In this document: positions 63,341 through 64,000 of the stretch, piece after piece
Layout of the letters: each line of letters opens with the position of its first letter
Position numbering within the stretch: position 1 is the first letter of the stretch
From: Dipteris shenzhenensis
Lineage: Eukaryota
Length of the DNA stretch: 64,000 nt
Strand: one strand, 5' to 3'
Assembly: GCA_047967505.1 (NCBI GenBank)
Contig: CM106538.1
Notes under the pieces: generated by a model
Database searches by the model: none
What the model saw: only the letters and a program-made list of their open reading frames with translations
Told to the model about the DNA's origin: nothing
Made by a program: the position numbers and the translations under genes

Positions 63341-64000
63341 CATTGCAAGTCCAGTAAATGAAATCAATCAGATTAGGAATTGGCAAACTCAATTTGGGAA
63401 TGGTCAGAAATACTTTGCCTTTGAATAATGCCTTGGATCATGGGATGGGGTCCCATGAACTTGCTACCTGTGATGACGAATGGCTCTACCCTCGACTAAA
63501 GGTGATGTGTGTAGTAGTAAAAGGATAGCCCTCATGGAATCTCTAAGGGGTCTTGAGTTTGGCCATGATTTGCACATTCTAGCACTTGAGCCATACATCA
63601 ATTTCCAACACTTGAGGCATATAGTGGCTTTGCCCACGCAACGTTTCCAGCTGCAATCCAAGCATCAAGCAATCTCATATTCTGTATCCAGAGACATCAT
63701 GAGGGGTAGAGCCTCTTTTTGGTAGTCTCACTAGCAATATGTATTGAAAAAAAAATGTATTCAATTATTATATTCTTCCTTGCTATGTGAATGCTCTTAA
63801 TGCATCCAAATTGTAGAACTACTTCAATACTACTTCTTAGTTATATTGTATAATAACCTCCATATGTATGCTCGTGAGACAACAAAAAGAGACCTGGCAA
63901 CCCAAAAATGATAGCGCATTGATGCGCTGCCATTTTTGGGCTACCGGGCCTCTTTTTTAATGTCTCCTAAACATAAGAACAAGCACTTGTGTTCCTTACC

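Overview
Eukaryotic, intron-containing, almost entirely transposon-derived DNA with many stop and frameshift lesions. Copia elements with a tRNA-iMet PBS, CACTA/Tnp2, hAT/DUF659 and a TIL lipocalin remnant indicate a land plant; a fern or other non-seed plant is my inference. No intact host gene is evident. Matching target-site duplications (TSDs) and rejoining split reading frames resolves most of a deep nest: a Copia gag split at 22750-54612, containing a CACTA Tnp2 gene split by a 27.5-kb CACTA of the same family (23533-51075, TSD ACT). Inside an intron of that CACTA lies a ~23-kb insert carrying a RAG1/Transib/Chapaev-like transposase gene, an unknown gene and a histone-H3-fold::Ulp1/SENP protease fusion gene. 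That fusion gene is split by a 10.8-kb element (37224-48041) with perfect 13-bp TIRs CTCGGGGGGTCCA, an 8-bp TSD, a P-element-like transposase and an intact protein kinase ORF. Six ~240-bp MITEs elsewhere share these termini, and the five complete ones have 8-bp TSDs (three perfect, two diverged). The H3-Ulp1/RAG1-like unit and the P-like kinase element with its MITEs are the main candidates for undescribed systems. All family assignments are from motif recognition by eye, not database searches.
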